A stretch of 64,000 nucleotides of DNA, taken from Neoechinorhynchus agilis. Taxonomy: Eukaryota > Animalia > Acanthocephala. The notes under the pieces are model-generated. The model saw nothing but the letters and a program-made list of their open reading frames with translations, was not told where the DNA came from and searched no databases. A program made the translations under genes and the position numbers. Positions 23,545-36,457 of the stretch are shown in pieces. How positions within the stretch are numbered: position 1 is the first letter of the stretch; every line of letters starts with the position of its first letter. Where the stretch lies: NCBI GenBank assembly GCA_051530055.1, contig CM121343.1, positions 6,418,389 through 6,482,388 of the forward strand, in the 5' to 3' direction.

Positions 23545-26500
23545 CGTTTCTTTCGTGAGTACGAAATTCGTCTTGGTTTTAGCAATTTCTCTTCGTTGAC
23601 GATGATGAAAACTTGGTCTGATTTGGTGATGACCAATTGCTCTAACCCAGCTCTCTGAGTCTCGATATTTTAGTCCACTGAAAGATAATGACGAAATGTC
23701 CGGCTTTTTAAGTTTCGACAATGTAGCCACCAGGGTTTTATTCTTATGATCTTTCCAACAAAGTTAATCTGATTTTATAGCCAATTAATAAAAAGTAATC
23801 CTTTCTTGGGAAGACTTGGAGAAAAGGGACAAAATGGTTAATTTTATGCTTTTACAAATGGCAAAGCAATGGATTTCGATACCGACCGCCTAAGCCATTA
23901 ATTTATACGCTCAGAAACGACAAACATTCTTGGGCGTTTTCTCGTGAGTACGAAATTCGTCTCGGTTTTAGCAATTTCTCTTCGTTGACGATGATGAAAA
24001 CTTGGTCTGATTTGGTGATGACCAATTGCTCTAACCCAGCTCTCTGAGTCTCGATATTTTAGTCCACTGAAAGATAATGACGAAATGTCCGGCTTTTTGA
24101 GTTTCGACAATGTAGCCACCAGGGTTTTATTCTTCTTATGATCTTTCCAACAAAGTTAATCTGATTTTATAGCCAATTAATAAAAAGTAATCCTTTTTTG
24201 AAGACTTGGAGAAAAGGGACAAAATGGTTAATTTTATGCTTTTACAAATAAGCAATGGATTTCGATACCGACCGCCAGCCATTAATTTATACGCTCAGAA
24301 ACGACAAACATTCTTGGCTTTTTCGTGAATACGAAATTCGTCTCGGTTTTAGCAATTTCTCTCGTGACATAAAACTTGGTCTGATTTGGTGATGACCAAT
24401 TGCTCTAACCCAGCTCTCTGAGTCTCGATATTTAGTCCACTGAAAGATAATGACGAAATGTCCGGCTTTTGAGTTTCGACAATGTAGCCACCAGGTTTTA
24501 TTCTTATGATCTTTCCAAAAGTTAATCTGATTTTATAGCCAATTAATAAAAAGTAATCCTTTCTTGGGAAGACTTGGAGAAAAGGGACAAAATGGTTAAT
24601 TTTATGCTTTTACAAATGGCAAAGCAATGGATTTCGATACCGACCGCCTAAGCCATTAATTTATACGCTCAGAAACGACAAACATTCTTGGGCGTTTTCT
24701 CGTGAGTACGAAATTCGTCTCGGTTTTAGCAATTTCTCTTCTTGACGATGATGAAAATTGGTCTGATTTGTGAGACCAATTGTCAACCAGCTTCTGAGTC
24801 TCGATATTTTAGTCCACTGAAAGATAATGACGAAATGTCCGGCTTTTTGAGTTTCGACAATGTAGCCACCAGGGTTTTATTCTTCTTATGATCTTTCCAA
24901 CAAAGTTAATCTGATTTTATAGCCAATTAATAAAAAGTATTCCTTTTTTGGGAAGACTTGGAGAAAGGGGACAAAATGGTTAATTTTATGCTTTTACAAA
25001 TGGCAAAGCAATGGATTTCGATACCGACCGCCTAAGCCATTAATTTATACGCTCAGAAACGACAAACATTCTTGGGCGTTTTCTCGTGAGTACGAAATTC
25101 GTCTCGGTTTTAGCAATTTCTCTTCGTTGACGATGATGAAAACTTGGTCTGATTTGGTGATGACCAATTGCTCTAACCCAGCTCTCTGAGTCTCGATATT
25201 TTAGTCCACTGAAAGATAATGACGAAATGTCCGGCTTTTTGAGTTTCGACAATGTAGCCACCAGGGTTTTATTCTTCTTATGATCTTTCCAACAAAGTTA
25301 ATCTGATTTTATAGCCAATTAAAAAAAGTATTCTTTGAAGACTTGGAGAAAAGGGACAAAATGGTTAATTTTATGCTTTTACAAATGGCAAAGCAATGGA
25401 TTTCGATACCGACCGCCTAAGTTAATTTATACGCTCAGAAACGACAAACATTCTTGGGCGTTTTCTCGTGAGTACGAAATTCGTCTCGGTTTTAGCAATT
25501 TCTCTTCGTTGACGATGATGAAAACTTGGTCTGATTTGGTGATGACCAATTGCTCTAACCCAGCTCTCTGAGTCTCGATATTTTAGTCCACTGAAAGATA
25601 ATGACGAAATGTCCGGCTTTTTGAGTTTCGACAATGTAGCCACCAGGGTTTTATTCTTCTTATGATCTTTCCAACAAAGTTAATCTGATTTTATAGCCAA
25701 TTAATAAAAAGTAATCCTTTCTTGGGAAGACTTGGAGAAAAGGGACAAAATGGTTAATTTTATGCTTTTACATGGCAAAGCAATGGATTTCGATACCGAC
25801 CGCCTAAGCCATTAATTTATACGCTCAGAAACGACAAACATTCTTGGGCGTTTTCTCGTGAGTACGAAATTCGTCTCGGTTTTAGCAATTTTCTCGTTGA
25901 CGAGATGAAAACTTGGTCTGATTTGGATGACCAATTGCTCTAACCCAGCTCTCTGAGTCTCGATATTTTAGTCCACTGAAAGATAATGACGAAATGTCCG
26001 GCTTTTTGAGTTTCGACAATGTAGCCACCAGGGTTTTATTCTTCTTATGATCTTTCCAACAAAGTTAATCTGATTTTATAGCCAATTAATAAAAAGTAAT
26101 CCTTTCTTGGGAAGACTTGGAGAAAAGGGACAAAATGGTTAATTTTATGCTTTTACAAATGGCAATGCAATGGATTTCGATACCGACCGCCTAAGCCATT
26201 AATTTATACGCTCAGAAACGACAAACATTCTTGGGCGTTTTCTCGTGAGTACGAAATTCGTCTCGGTTTTAGCAATTTCTCTTCGTTGACGATGATGAAA
26301 ACTTGGTCTGATTTGGTGATGACCAATTGCTCTAACCCAGCTCTCTGAGTCTCGATATTTTAGTCCACTGAAAGATAATGACGAAATGTCCGGCTTTTTA
26401 AGTTTCGACAATGTAGCCACCAGGGTTTTATTCTTCTTATGATCTTTCCAACAAAGTTAATCTGATTTTATAGCCAATTAATAAAAAGTAATCCTTTCTT

Positions 26501-27279
26501 GGGAAGACTTGGAGAAAAGGGACAAAATGGTTAATTTTATGCTTTTACAAATGGCAATGCAATGGATTTCGATACCGACCGCCTAAGCCATTAATTTATA
26601 CGCTCAGAAACGACAAACATTCTTGGGCGTTTTCTCGTGAGTACGAAATTCGTCTCGGTTTTAGCAATTTCTCTTCGTTGACGATGATGAAAACTTGGTC
26701 TGATTTGGTGATGACCAATTGCTCTAACCCAGCTCTCTGAGTCTCGATATTTTAGTCCACTGAAAGATAATGACGAAATGTCCGGCTTTTTGAGTTTCGA
26801 CAATGTAGCCACCAGGGTTTTATTCTTATGATCTTTCCAACAAAGTTAATCTGATTTTATAGCCAATTAATAAAAAGTAATCCTTTTTTGGGAAGACTTG
26901 GAGAAAGGGGACAAAATGGTTAATTTTATGCTTTTACAAATGGCAATGCAATGGATTTCGATACCGACCGCCTAAGCCATTAATTTATACGCTCAGAAAC
27001 GACAAACATTCTTGGGCGTTTTCTCGTGAGTACGAAATTCGTCTCGGTTTTAGCAATTTCTCTTCGTTGACGATGATGAAAACTTGGTCTGATTTGGTGA
27101 TGACCAATTGCTCTAACCCAGCTCTCTGAGTCTCGATATTTTAGTCCACTGAAAGATAATGACGAAATGTCCGGCTTTTTAAGTTTCGACAATGTAGCCA
27201 CCAGGGTTTTATTCTTCTTATGATCTTTCCAACAAAGTTAATCTGATTTTATAGCCAATTAATAAAAAGTAATCCTTTC
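23545..27279. repeat. Tandem array of ~390-bp units (~9.5 copies)
   Basis: The repeated 73-aa ORF at 23898, 25040, 25422, 26199, 26591 and 26980 shows spacing of 382-392. Copies at ~24240-24830 carry many small deletions. Confidence 0.96.
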
Positions 27280-27475
27280 CGGACAATGTCGATTGAATAC
27301 GAATGAAGCAATCATTTTGATATGATTTTCATCTTATTGATTTTGTAGTAAAGTGAATATAATCCTCTTTGTAACACGTTAGATTATTCACATCACCGCC
27401 CCTCTGGATCACTCAGCTGCCATCCTGGTGTTGTAATGATATTATGGAAAGCCTCTTTTCCCAACACCCTCATGT

Positions 27476-27620
27476 TTTATTCCAGATTTATTATCGAACG
27501 GAAAATGGGTGTTTAATTTGTTTATTGCTTCAAATTTTCGACGCCTTGCGTCTTCGTCAGGAAGCTTTTCTTCGGTTGTCTGAAAAGGAATCAGAGGAGG
27601 GCAACGCTGTCCGTCAGCTC
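27476..27620 (-). mobile_element. Second copy of the Penelope-like 3' end carrying hammerhead A (27527-27565)
   Basis: Near-exact reverse complement of 44854-44998, abutting a CRE-like 3' relic at ~27640-27740. Confidence 0.85.
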
Positions 27621-27757
27621 GGTCGAAAGGACAGATGCAGCGTTTGTTTTGTAGGAGGAATTCTGCCTTTGGATCGTCTCAATCTCTTAGACAATTGCTT
27701 GACACGGTCCTTTGTCGCGGTACCAAACGAACCGATTGCTTATTGATTAGACTTATT

Positions 27758-27835
27758 ATTTAGAAGTCTTCACCCGCGGTAAATAATTTTTATTAAAAAC
27801 GTTTCGAACGTCGTCGGGTTCATCATCCGTTTATT
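27758..27835. mobile_element. Truncated left arm of the TTAGAAGTC MITE family
   Basis: TTAGAAGTCTTCACCCGCGGTAAATAATT..GTCGGGTTCAT matches the left arm of 34695-34894 and the 46-47 kb copies. Confidence 0.7.
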
Positions 27836-28324
27836 GGTTATTAATAGACGTCTTATTAGATTTATTGTTTTGAAAAACCCAAATATGTCATTGGATTAAC
27901 ATTTAGCGTTCAAGGAATTCCACAAAAAAGTCCATTTGTGGTTGGCGGAAAGTTAGCTATAAAGGTGACGTGTCAATGAAGGAACCTAATTGCCCATTCT
28001 AAAGAGTTGGCAGATATTCTTTCCATGTAGATGAAAATGGTTCAAAAGTGAAGGCGTGTGTCCGGCGATCAATTTTTTTGTGAAATCCGGTAAAACTCTT
28101 TTGGCTTAAACATTTTAAATTGAAAATCGAGTATATACAAGAAACGCTTAAATATCTTCGATCTATAAAGCAGAGCAAAATTCGGTATACTAAAAGAAAA
28201 TTGGTCAAATCACATATTATAATCGAGCAACGCTACCATCCAAATTTAAATGGATTTCATACCACATTAATGAGAATCGCACGTCAATATATTTGAGTGC
28301 ATCGATGATAAAATAAGTTTTAGC

Positions 28325-28707
28325 TCAATCCTTTTTGCCAGAAAACGGCCTATTTGAAGAAATGTTCGCTATCTCTAATGCGAAATCTTTCATTGCTTGC
28401 TGAGTTTTACTTTTTTTCCTATTAGGCGGAGTCTCCAATTGTAAAAAATTGAAGGGACTGGTTAAATCCTCCGTGGACGATGAAGTAGATGACGACGAGC
28501 TACTTGATGAAGATAATCCATTTCTCATAGCTGTTTGCCGGCTTCGCATAATTTTCTTATATGATAACATTGAATCAGAATGTTTCTGGAAAACTTTCTA
28601 ACCTTTTTCATTTTCGCTAAAGGAGGTTTATCGCCTGCAATCCGATCAGCGGTCTTTGCAACAAGCTTACTGTATTCTAAAATTTGTTTAATCCCAACAG
28701 CACTCAT
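28325..28707 (-). CDS. Possible 3' exons of an unknown Ser-rich protein
   Basis: ORF MSAVG..AKMKK joins in phase 0 across a 47-nt GTTAGA..TATAAG intron to KIMRSRQ..SSSSSSSSTSSST..GKKD*. No family recognised. Confidence 0.35.
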
Positions 28708-29367
28708 CTAATTTGAAGTCGCAATCAGTTCTGTATTATAAAAGCAAAACCGATCTACCTGGTTATTCAGTTTAGAAATAAGCTTATCCACGGTCATTGG
28801 GATTGCATGATCCTGTGGCGGTACTGTTTTCTGTTTTTCTTATAGAATCGATGCAATTCCAGGACTTACGAATACTACCTGATTTTGAGAACCAATACTG
28901 CGATTCTTCTTTTCATTTTGAGGAAACACCTATGAGCAATTGTTGCGCTTTTTTTAATATCAATTCGGTTTACCCTTATCTGATTTTTTGAGAAATCACT
29001 ATGAGCAATTGCATGGAGAACCTCGGATAGTTCCGTATCGTTATGAAGAACTTGATTCCATGTCACTTGGTCAAGTGTTGGTCGACTTGTGCTCGATTCC
29101 CAGCGATCATACTTTAGATAGTTTTAGAACCTCTTTAATTGAATCTTGGAAACCTTTAATTTAGCGCCTTCGTTCAAAACATTTGTCCAGAGTATGGCGA
29201 CATTGGGATCGTCGGTAAACAACTCAAAATGGTGCTTTCGTCTTTGGATGCCTATATAATGGCTCGAAAAGATTTGAACGAAATTAAATTGAACATTTCG
29301 CCAATCGAACCACAGTGAAATATAAATGATCGAATAATAACGTACTAAAATGGAACGTCAATTATCC

Positions 29368-29532
29368 AGACCAGAATCCCGTCCTATTCAAGAGAATCAG
29401 AGAACTCGCAGCGAAAAACAATAAAGCTAAAATTATATAATTCTCCGCCGAATTTTGCTTTCTTAAACCATTTCCCGCTCGAATGTTAAGAACAAATCAC
29501 ATTGAATTTTCGGTTATCCCAAAAAACCAACT
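29368..29532. repeat. Dispersed ~165-bp repeat, copy 2 (inverted relative to 3222-3385)
   Basis: Direct sequence comparison by eye. Confidence 0.85.
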
Positions 29533-30989
29533 ATATTTTCAATAATCTGAATGTAAATTTCCTAGATAAGGCCAAGCTTCGGAATTGTTCGAACCAAGAT
29601 TGAACAAGAAACTTATGAAATTGTTCATTGCGCTTTGTGAGTCGAGAAATACTTACAAATCATATAAAATTTAAAGGTAGTCGATTTGTTCTTCGACAAC
29701 TCAACTTCGAAGGTAATAGGCGACATAAATGCCGAATTGATGTCTTCGACCGGTATCGTAATTTGGCATGAGTGGAAATTGTCATTTAATGGCTGATTTG
29801 AGTCAGAAGATTCCACTACAGCTACCTCATCGATCTGGTCTACTTTGTTGACCTTTTAATTTTCCGTCGTCGTTATTTTCGCTAGCCTAAAGACCATACT
29901 CACTCTGATGAAGCTACGACCGTCCATCATTCTTTGAACGATGACGAAGTGCAACCGTGGTTCAGATATAATTGATTGAACACACTTTTTCTGTTGATCA
30001 TCACTCATTGTCTGAACATCTAAATGATAGTTATGGAGAAATTGTTCATGGTTATCCAAGGATTACATTCGTCGTAAGTGCAAAAATTGAACGACGTTAA
30101 AGGAAACCAAAAAAATCCATGTTGCTTTACAACTATCTAAAATGTAAAGAAAGTAAGAATGAAAATTCATACATTTTCATACTTGAGAATTAAGGATATT
30201 TCGTATATGTTTGCACCAGGATTGTGAAACGACATCGCCAAACTGAGGAATTAAGACAATACAGTCCGTTTCCGATATAATATCTAAATCAATTGTCATT
30301 TACTTAAAAGTTTGAACTTAAAGATTAATACTGTACGTAATTCAAGATATTTGTTAATATCGGAATCACACGGTCGGCAGGTAAATGCAAACTTTACCGT
30401 TATGTAGGCATTATCCTAAAATAGTTGCACTTAAAATTTAACTAAAATCTATGCAAACACTGACGTCTAATGCTTTCATACACAACTTCATGCTATTTTC
30501 ATGTTTTTTAAGTTTCAACTCGAAGAGATTGAAGACGGCTGGAGATGCTTTTATATTAGCTCGAAAATAATCTTCTTTTATGTTTACCTAAACAGTTCGT
30601 TTTGTTTAGATAATTTAATCTCGTGAATTAATTAGCAGAATTTCTAAAAACGAATCATTGAGTTAAACAAGGCACTCACCGAAAATCAAATTCAAAGAAA
30701 TCCCTATTTCTTGTGTTTCCCTACAACTTTTTGTGCAAACACTGTATTCGATAAATGAAATTCGAATTTATCTAAAAAATCCGACCATTTAGCACCAATT
30801 TAAAGTTTTCGCCCCATCTTCAAATGTAGCAAAATCTGTTGTCACAAAAATATGAACACACAAGTGGAGTCAATTAATCTCGAATCCATTCAGCACACAA
30901 AAGTTTAGGCTAAAAACGACGAAACACCCGAAGATTAATTCATTTAGGGTCCCAAAATACTTTCTACAAGGTTCGCCTTATCGCAAATA

Positions 30990-31810
30990 CGTGGAAGTCG
31001 AAAAAGATTGGAAATCCCCCTATGTTTTATCATCGAAATCAGAATTGAAGATGGCAATATCTTCTTTTGCTAACGGATCAGCACCCAGGCTAGGCGGGTT
31101 GCGGCCCAAACACCTAAAGGATTATACTTCCTTTTCAGTAGGTGACGCTCCTCAGTCCCTTGAAGATGCATTGCAACGCTTAATCGGCCAATTTGCGTGG
31201 GGAGAGTTAATTCCGAAAGCAATTGAGTTATTTTTCGGCGCCTCTTTGTGTGACCTCGCAAAAAAGGAAGGTGGGATTCGTCCAATTGCAATTGGAACAA
31301 CTCTGCGCCACTTAACAGCAAAAATTTTAAATAAAATGATCGCAAAAAAGGAGAAATGCTGCTGCACATCTTGTGGCGCAGAGGCGAGATTGTTCATAAA
31401 CTCGAATCCGTGCGTGATCTTGAAATGAAATTTCAAAATGCGTTCAACAGAGTTCACCGAGCAGATTTGCTTGAAGAAGTTAGAGATCACACACCAGAAG
31501 CATTTCATTATTCCGTCAATGCTTCATGGGACTGCAACTCCCTTGTTCTTCAATAATCACGTTTTGTGTTCAGAAAGAGGAGTTCAACAAGGAGATTCTT
31601 TGGGTCTAATAGTCTTCTATCTCGCAGTCAATCCCGCCGCGCACTCTCCAGTCCAGCTTTAACGGCTGGAACCCGGACGATGCCATGCTCGGAGGTAACC
31701 CCTCCGAAGTACTGAACGATTTGGAGACACTCGTGAAGGAGACACTCGTGAAGGAGACGACGAAAACTGGCATTGAATTGAATGCTGCGAGATTTTAGTG
31801 ATGAACGTGG
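30990..31810 (+). mobile_element. Decayed CRE-clade reverse transcriptase fragment
   Basis: SFANGSAPRLGGLRPKHLKD, AKKEGGIRPIAIGTTLRHLTAK, FQNAFNRV, GVQQGDSLG and a degenerate YLDD (WNPDDAML), spread over several frames. Confidence 0.85.
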
Positions 31811-31817
31811 AAGTCCT

Positions 31818-32876
31818 CGAACCAGTACCATTTCAGGATTGACTTAGAAGTTTTCAAAATAACCCATAATTTTAAATGGCCAAAAAAATTCCGGAAAAAA
31901 AGCGTGTTCATTGTCGTTCAAATTTGGAATCCTGAGAGAGATTTTCCGAAGCAGAAACTTGATTTAGAAGTTTTCAAAATAACCCATAATTTTAAATGGC
32001 CAAAAAAATTCCGGAAAAAAAGCGTGTTTATTGTCGTTTAAATTTGGAATCCTGAGAGAGATTTTCCGAAGCAGAAAAATCAAAAATTGGTTTACTTAAT
32101 ATTCTGACCTAATTTCTCCCTTTGGAAATCCCCGAACCAGTACCAATTCAGGATTGACTTAGAAGTTTTCAAAATAACCCATAATTTTAAATGGCCGAAA
32201 AAATTCGGGAAAAAAGCGTGTTTATTGTCGTTCAAATTTGGAATCCTGAGAGAGATTTTCCGAAGCAGAAACTTGATTTAGAAGTTTTCAAAATAACTCA
32301 TAATTTTAAATGGCCAAAAAAATTCGGGAAAAAAAGCGTGTTTATTGTCGTTTAAATTTGGAATCCTGAGAGAGATTTTCCGAAGCAGAAAAATCAAAAA
32401 TTGGTTTACTTAATATTCTGACCTAATTTCTCCCTTTGGAAATCCCCGAACCAGTACCAATTCAGGATTGACTTAGAAGTTTTCAAAATAACCCATAATT
32501 TTAAATGGCCGAAAAAATTCGGGAAAAAAGCGTGTTTATTGTCGTTTAAATTTGGAATCCTGAGAGAGATTTTCCGAAGCAGAAACTTGATTTAGAAGTT
32601 TTCAAAATAACTCATAATTTTAAATGGCAAAAAAATTCGGGAAAAAAAGCGTGTTTATTGTCGTTTAAATTTGGAATCCTGAGAGAGATTTTCCGAAGCA
32701 GAAAAATCAAAAATTGGTTTACTTAATATTCTGACCTAATTTCTCCCTTTGGAAATCCCCGAACCAGTACCAATTCAGGATTGATTTAGAAGTTTTCAAA
32801 ATAACCCATAATTTCAAATGGCCGAAAAAATTCGGGAAAAAAGCGTGTTCATTGTCGTTCAAATTTGGAATCCTGA
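31818..32876. repeat. Higher-order tandem repeat: ~314-bp unit made of two ~120-bp subunits plus a ~75-bp spacer (~3.4 copies)
   Basis: GAACCAGTACCA recurs at 31818, 32135, 32449 and 32761; TTAGAAGTTTTCAAAATAAC occurs twice per unit. Confidence 0.92.
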
Positions 32877-33864
32877 ATAAACAGCAAAGTCGAAATGTGA
32901 AGAAAAACGCGATTGAAATCGCATTCGAAAACTCACCTCAATATCGGTTAAATTTACAAGTGATTGGCAAAACTGTTTACATTTTTCTTGTGATTGTGTA
33001 GCGAATATCCAAATTTCCTTAGACATTGCCTTGTCGGTGCATCGTAGTCTACACAAGAGAATATTTGATCGGAAATAAAACCGATCGAATTATACGTCAT
33101 TATTATTGCGATCACGCTTTGTTTGCCATTAATAAGTTCGAACCATTTCGTTTTAATATTTACGTGATTGGTAGTGATCGATATACAGGTTGTCCCGTGC
33201 TCAGTCTACATTGCAAGGTTTTAATCAATAAAAAATTAAATTTGATTCGACCTGGATTGAATATCGATCACAATGTCGTTTTATAAATACAAGTTGAGGT
33301 TGAGGCGATAATAAATATTCGATCGCATCCTTGTAATGGAGAAGAGAATCGATATTTGTTGTTGAAGTTATGGAAAAAGGACCGAACACCGGCGTCTCGG
33401 TGATCATCTTCAAAAAAATGGAATTATAAATGCTATCCATTCTTTGATTAAACTGCCGAAGACGTTAACAAACCAATACTACTAATAAACCAATCAATTG
33501 GAGTTTCCCTTCCGTTAAGGAGTGATATTGGAATCGAAACAGGAGGACTTGCCGCCAAACTTGAGAAAGAAATACGGCTAAAATTCCGGGAAAAATTAAT
33601 GAACATCGAGAGATTTGTAGAAGGTTTAAAAAATTCAGTCGGGAGGAATTTATTATTACTTCGAGATCCCAGAAAATTATGATCAATACAAGTTCAACTG
33701 TATCCGGATTTCATTTGAGATTAAATCTACACCTAAGAATTGCAGGTTAATGCTTGAATGGCCTACAGTTTCTTAAAAGTCAAGTCCGTCATTTAGAAGT
33801 TAGATTAAAACCCTTCTCATCGTAAAACTGTTTAAGATCGACCTTTTCAAGTTATCGCCCGTAA

Positions 33865-34370
33865 CATCCTCCGGATCCGTCCTTCATCTTCTCCCTTCAT
33901 CCTTCATCAACTCCAATTTCCGGATCCGTTCTCCTTCCTTCATCCGTCATCCACTCCAATTCCGCATCCGTAATCCAAATTCCGGATCCGTCATCCAAAT
34001 TCCGGATCCGTCATCCACTTCTTCGGATCCGTCATCCATATTCCGGATCCGTCATCAGATTCAGACTCCGTCATCCACCCCTCCAGATCCATCATCCACT
34101 CCAAATTCCGGATCCGTCATCCACTTCTTCGGATCCGTTATCCACTCCAATTTCCGGATCCGTCATCCACTCTAAATTCCGGATCCCTCCTTCATCTTCT
34201 TCCTTCATCCACTCCAAATTCCGGATCCGTCATCCATCTCTTCAGATAAGTCATCCACATTCCGGATCCGTCATCAGATTCAGACTCCGTCATCCACCCC
34301 TATGGATCCCTCATTCACTCCAATTTCCGGATCCGTCATCCATCTCTTCGGATCCGTCATCCACTCCAAA
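33865..34370. repeat. Cryptic minisatellite built on GGATCCGTCATCCA with 20-25 bp variable units
   Basis: About 20 variants of (CC)GGATCCGTCATCCA(CTCCAAATT); unit lengths do not keep a reading frame. Confidence 0.85.
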
Positions 34371-34694
34371 GTAGACAATCACATTCATTTATCCTGTCAG
34401 TGCTCGAGTGTTCATTAGTTCAGGTGTTCACGAGGACCCTGAGATACTTGGTTCCTCTTCTTTAACAAAATTAAACGTGTGATTAGAAACCAATATCCGC
34501 GATAATGAAAATTCTTGGAATTGACTAAATCCGATATTTCGGAGCCACAATTTCGTGAGTTTATAAAGATCGGATTTAACCAAAATTCCTTTAAATTTTC
34601 CGCAACAATCGAGCATGAATAGTTAAATCTTCAAATAAATATGAAACTAATTTTTTAGTCGTGGTGGCTTAATGTTAGAATATTTTAGGATTGT

Positions 34695-34894
34695 TGTTTA
34701 GAAGTCTTCACCCGGTAAATAATTTTTTTATTAAAGACGTTCTGCGAGCCTCGTCGGGTTCATAATTAGTTTGCCATTAAAAGAATCTTCGAGATGCCGT
34801 CCTTTTAATAACTAACAAACTAATTATGAACCCGACGAGATTCGCAGAACGTCTTTCATAAAAAAATTATTTATCAGGCGAAGACTTCTAAACA
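34695..34894. mobile_element. Complete ~200-bp MITE-like foldback (TTAGAAGTC family)
   Basis: TGTTTAGAAGTCTTC..GACGTTCTGCGAGCCTCGTCGGGTTCATAATTAGTTTG / CAAACTAATTATGAACCCGACGAGATTCGCAGAACGTC..GAAGACTTCTAAACA. Confidence 0.88.
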
Positions 34895-36457
34895 GGGATC
34901 CTAATCATGAACCCCAGTACCTCCTCCTCAAATACGGGCATTAGAATATTTTGTTTACGTCTTGTCGATGGACAACAAAAACAATTGTTTTTATTTCTCT
35001 GTTTAAAATCGCGGTAGTCACTTGATGCTCAATGTTAAAATTATTTCCTTTGGTCGAACTCCCAGGACTTTGTCCTCTGCTCAGAAGCACACAGATTTAT
35101 ACCATTTAAACTGTTCCAATAATTCTTAGCTAGACGCAACACGGTGAGTTGATTATCTTTCCTAGGTCCCTCACCTTTTATTACTTTAAACTTCTACATT
35201 TGATCATACAAATTCGGCTTTTACACGGTTACTCACTGCTCAACTCTTTTGACTTCTAATCGAAAAGAAATAATTATGAAAGAGCCACTGATCAGCACAT
35301 AGAGTTGATTTACTCTATGTTAAAGACTTGTATAGTTCTTAAAATTCCAAACTGAGACTGATTTATGTGTTTTTATAGCGGAAAATTTAAAGGAATTTAT
35401 TATATTCAATCCGCAGTTGGACGTCAACTACGTTGATAAGAATTGAAATATCGGATTCAGTAGATTCCTTCAATTTTTCTGCTATTTAATCTTCTAACAC
35501 TGATTCAAGTCGCACTTCGCAATTTCACTGGAAGCAAACAATTGCCCGGTTGAAGCCGTAAAACGGCGAAAGCTAGCCAAATAAATCAACTATATCTGTA
35601 GGTCGTACAAATGTCAAATTAAAATTAAGACATTCGTCTAGAAAATCAAGCAGCGATTCACGTCATTATGAATTTCTTTTATTATAGACATTAATTCAGC
35701 GAGACCGACTACCACTTACGTTTTTTCTTCATAAAATAAATTTAAATATCGGCAATTCTGTCCTAAAAACTTCCTTGTAAGATATACCAGCAGTTCAATA
35801 AATAACACGTATACCCAATTTTGTAAAAGGACATTTTTTTAAATGCAATTCTCTGAATTTTAGGGGTGACATTTCATAGACCAATAGCAAATCTATCGAA
35901 AACTAAAGAAAAACTAAGCGCTGATTTTCCTTGCAAGAAACTTCCTTTTTTATAAGCTACAAAATTATCGTAAAAATCTCTTCTCGACGCTATCTGAAGC
36001 TTAATTCAATTGAAAATATTTGGAAAATACCATCACACTCCATCGTGAAGGTTCTTAGTTGCTGAAATTTTACAGGCAATCGAAGCTTAAATAGAACAGC
36101 GTTTATGATAATCAATTACTGAACAATTTTGAATTCAAGATATAAGGAGATTTAGCGAAGGATGGCACCTGTTTGATTTTGTTTCCTGACTATCTTTTTT
36201 CTGATAAAAATAATCAACCGGGACCATAACTTTATAAGAGTCAATTTAAATATTACCGAGAAAAGGAAAGTTTTCTTTGAATTTAAACATTACAACCTTA
36301 AAACAAGGATCTCGTTCAAAGCTAAACCCACATTTGATTTTTCAAATCTATCTTTTTTCTTTACTCAGAAGTATGTCAAAAAAACAACTTTAGGAAATTG
36401 GAATTGTCACATTCTCTTGCACTTTCAAGTAGCTACTTTGTTCTTTTCCTTCCATGA

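Noticed and set aside
24240-24830. Deletion-rich array copies (also ~36760-36880 and ~53150-53400) as a mutational process
   Set aside because: Many 1-3 nt deletions confined to patches look like unpolished long-read error; array copy numbers may also be unreliable.
23539-27201. Tandem cluster of 73-aa genes
   Set aside because: GTG start inside satellite units, no splice or promoter support and no family match; kept only as a possible coding relic.
29625-30100. Alternative genetic code with TAA/TAG read as sense
   Set aside because: Intact genes end in TAA, TAG and TGA and have long frames free of internal stops; the relic stops are of all three types.
33865-34370. Coding repeat (DDGSG or PDPSS peptides)
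   Set aside because: Unit lengths of 20-25 bp break frame repeatedly on both strands.
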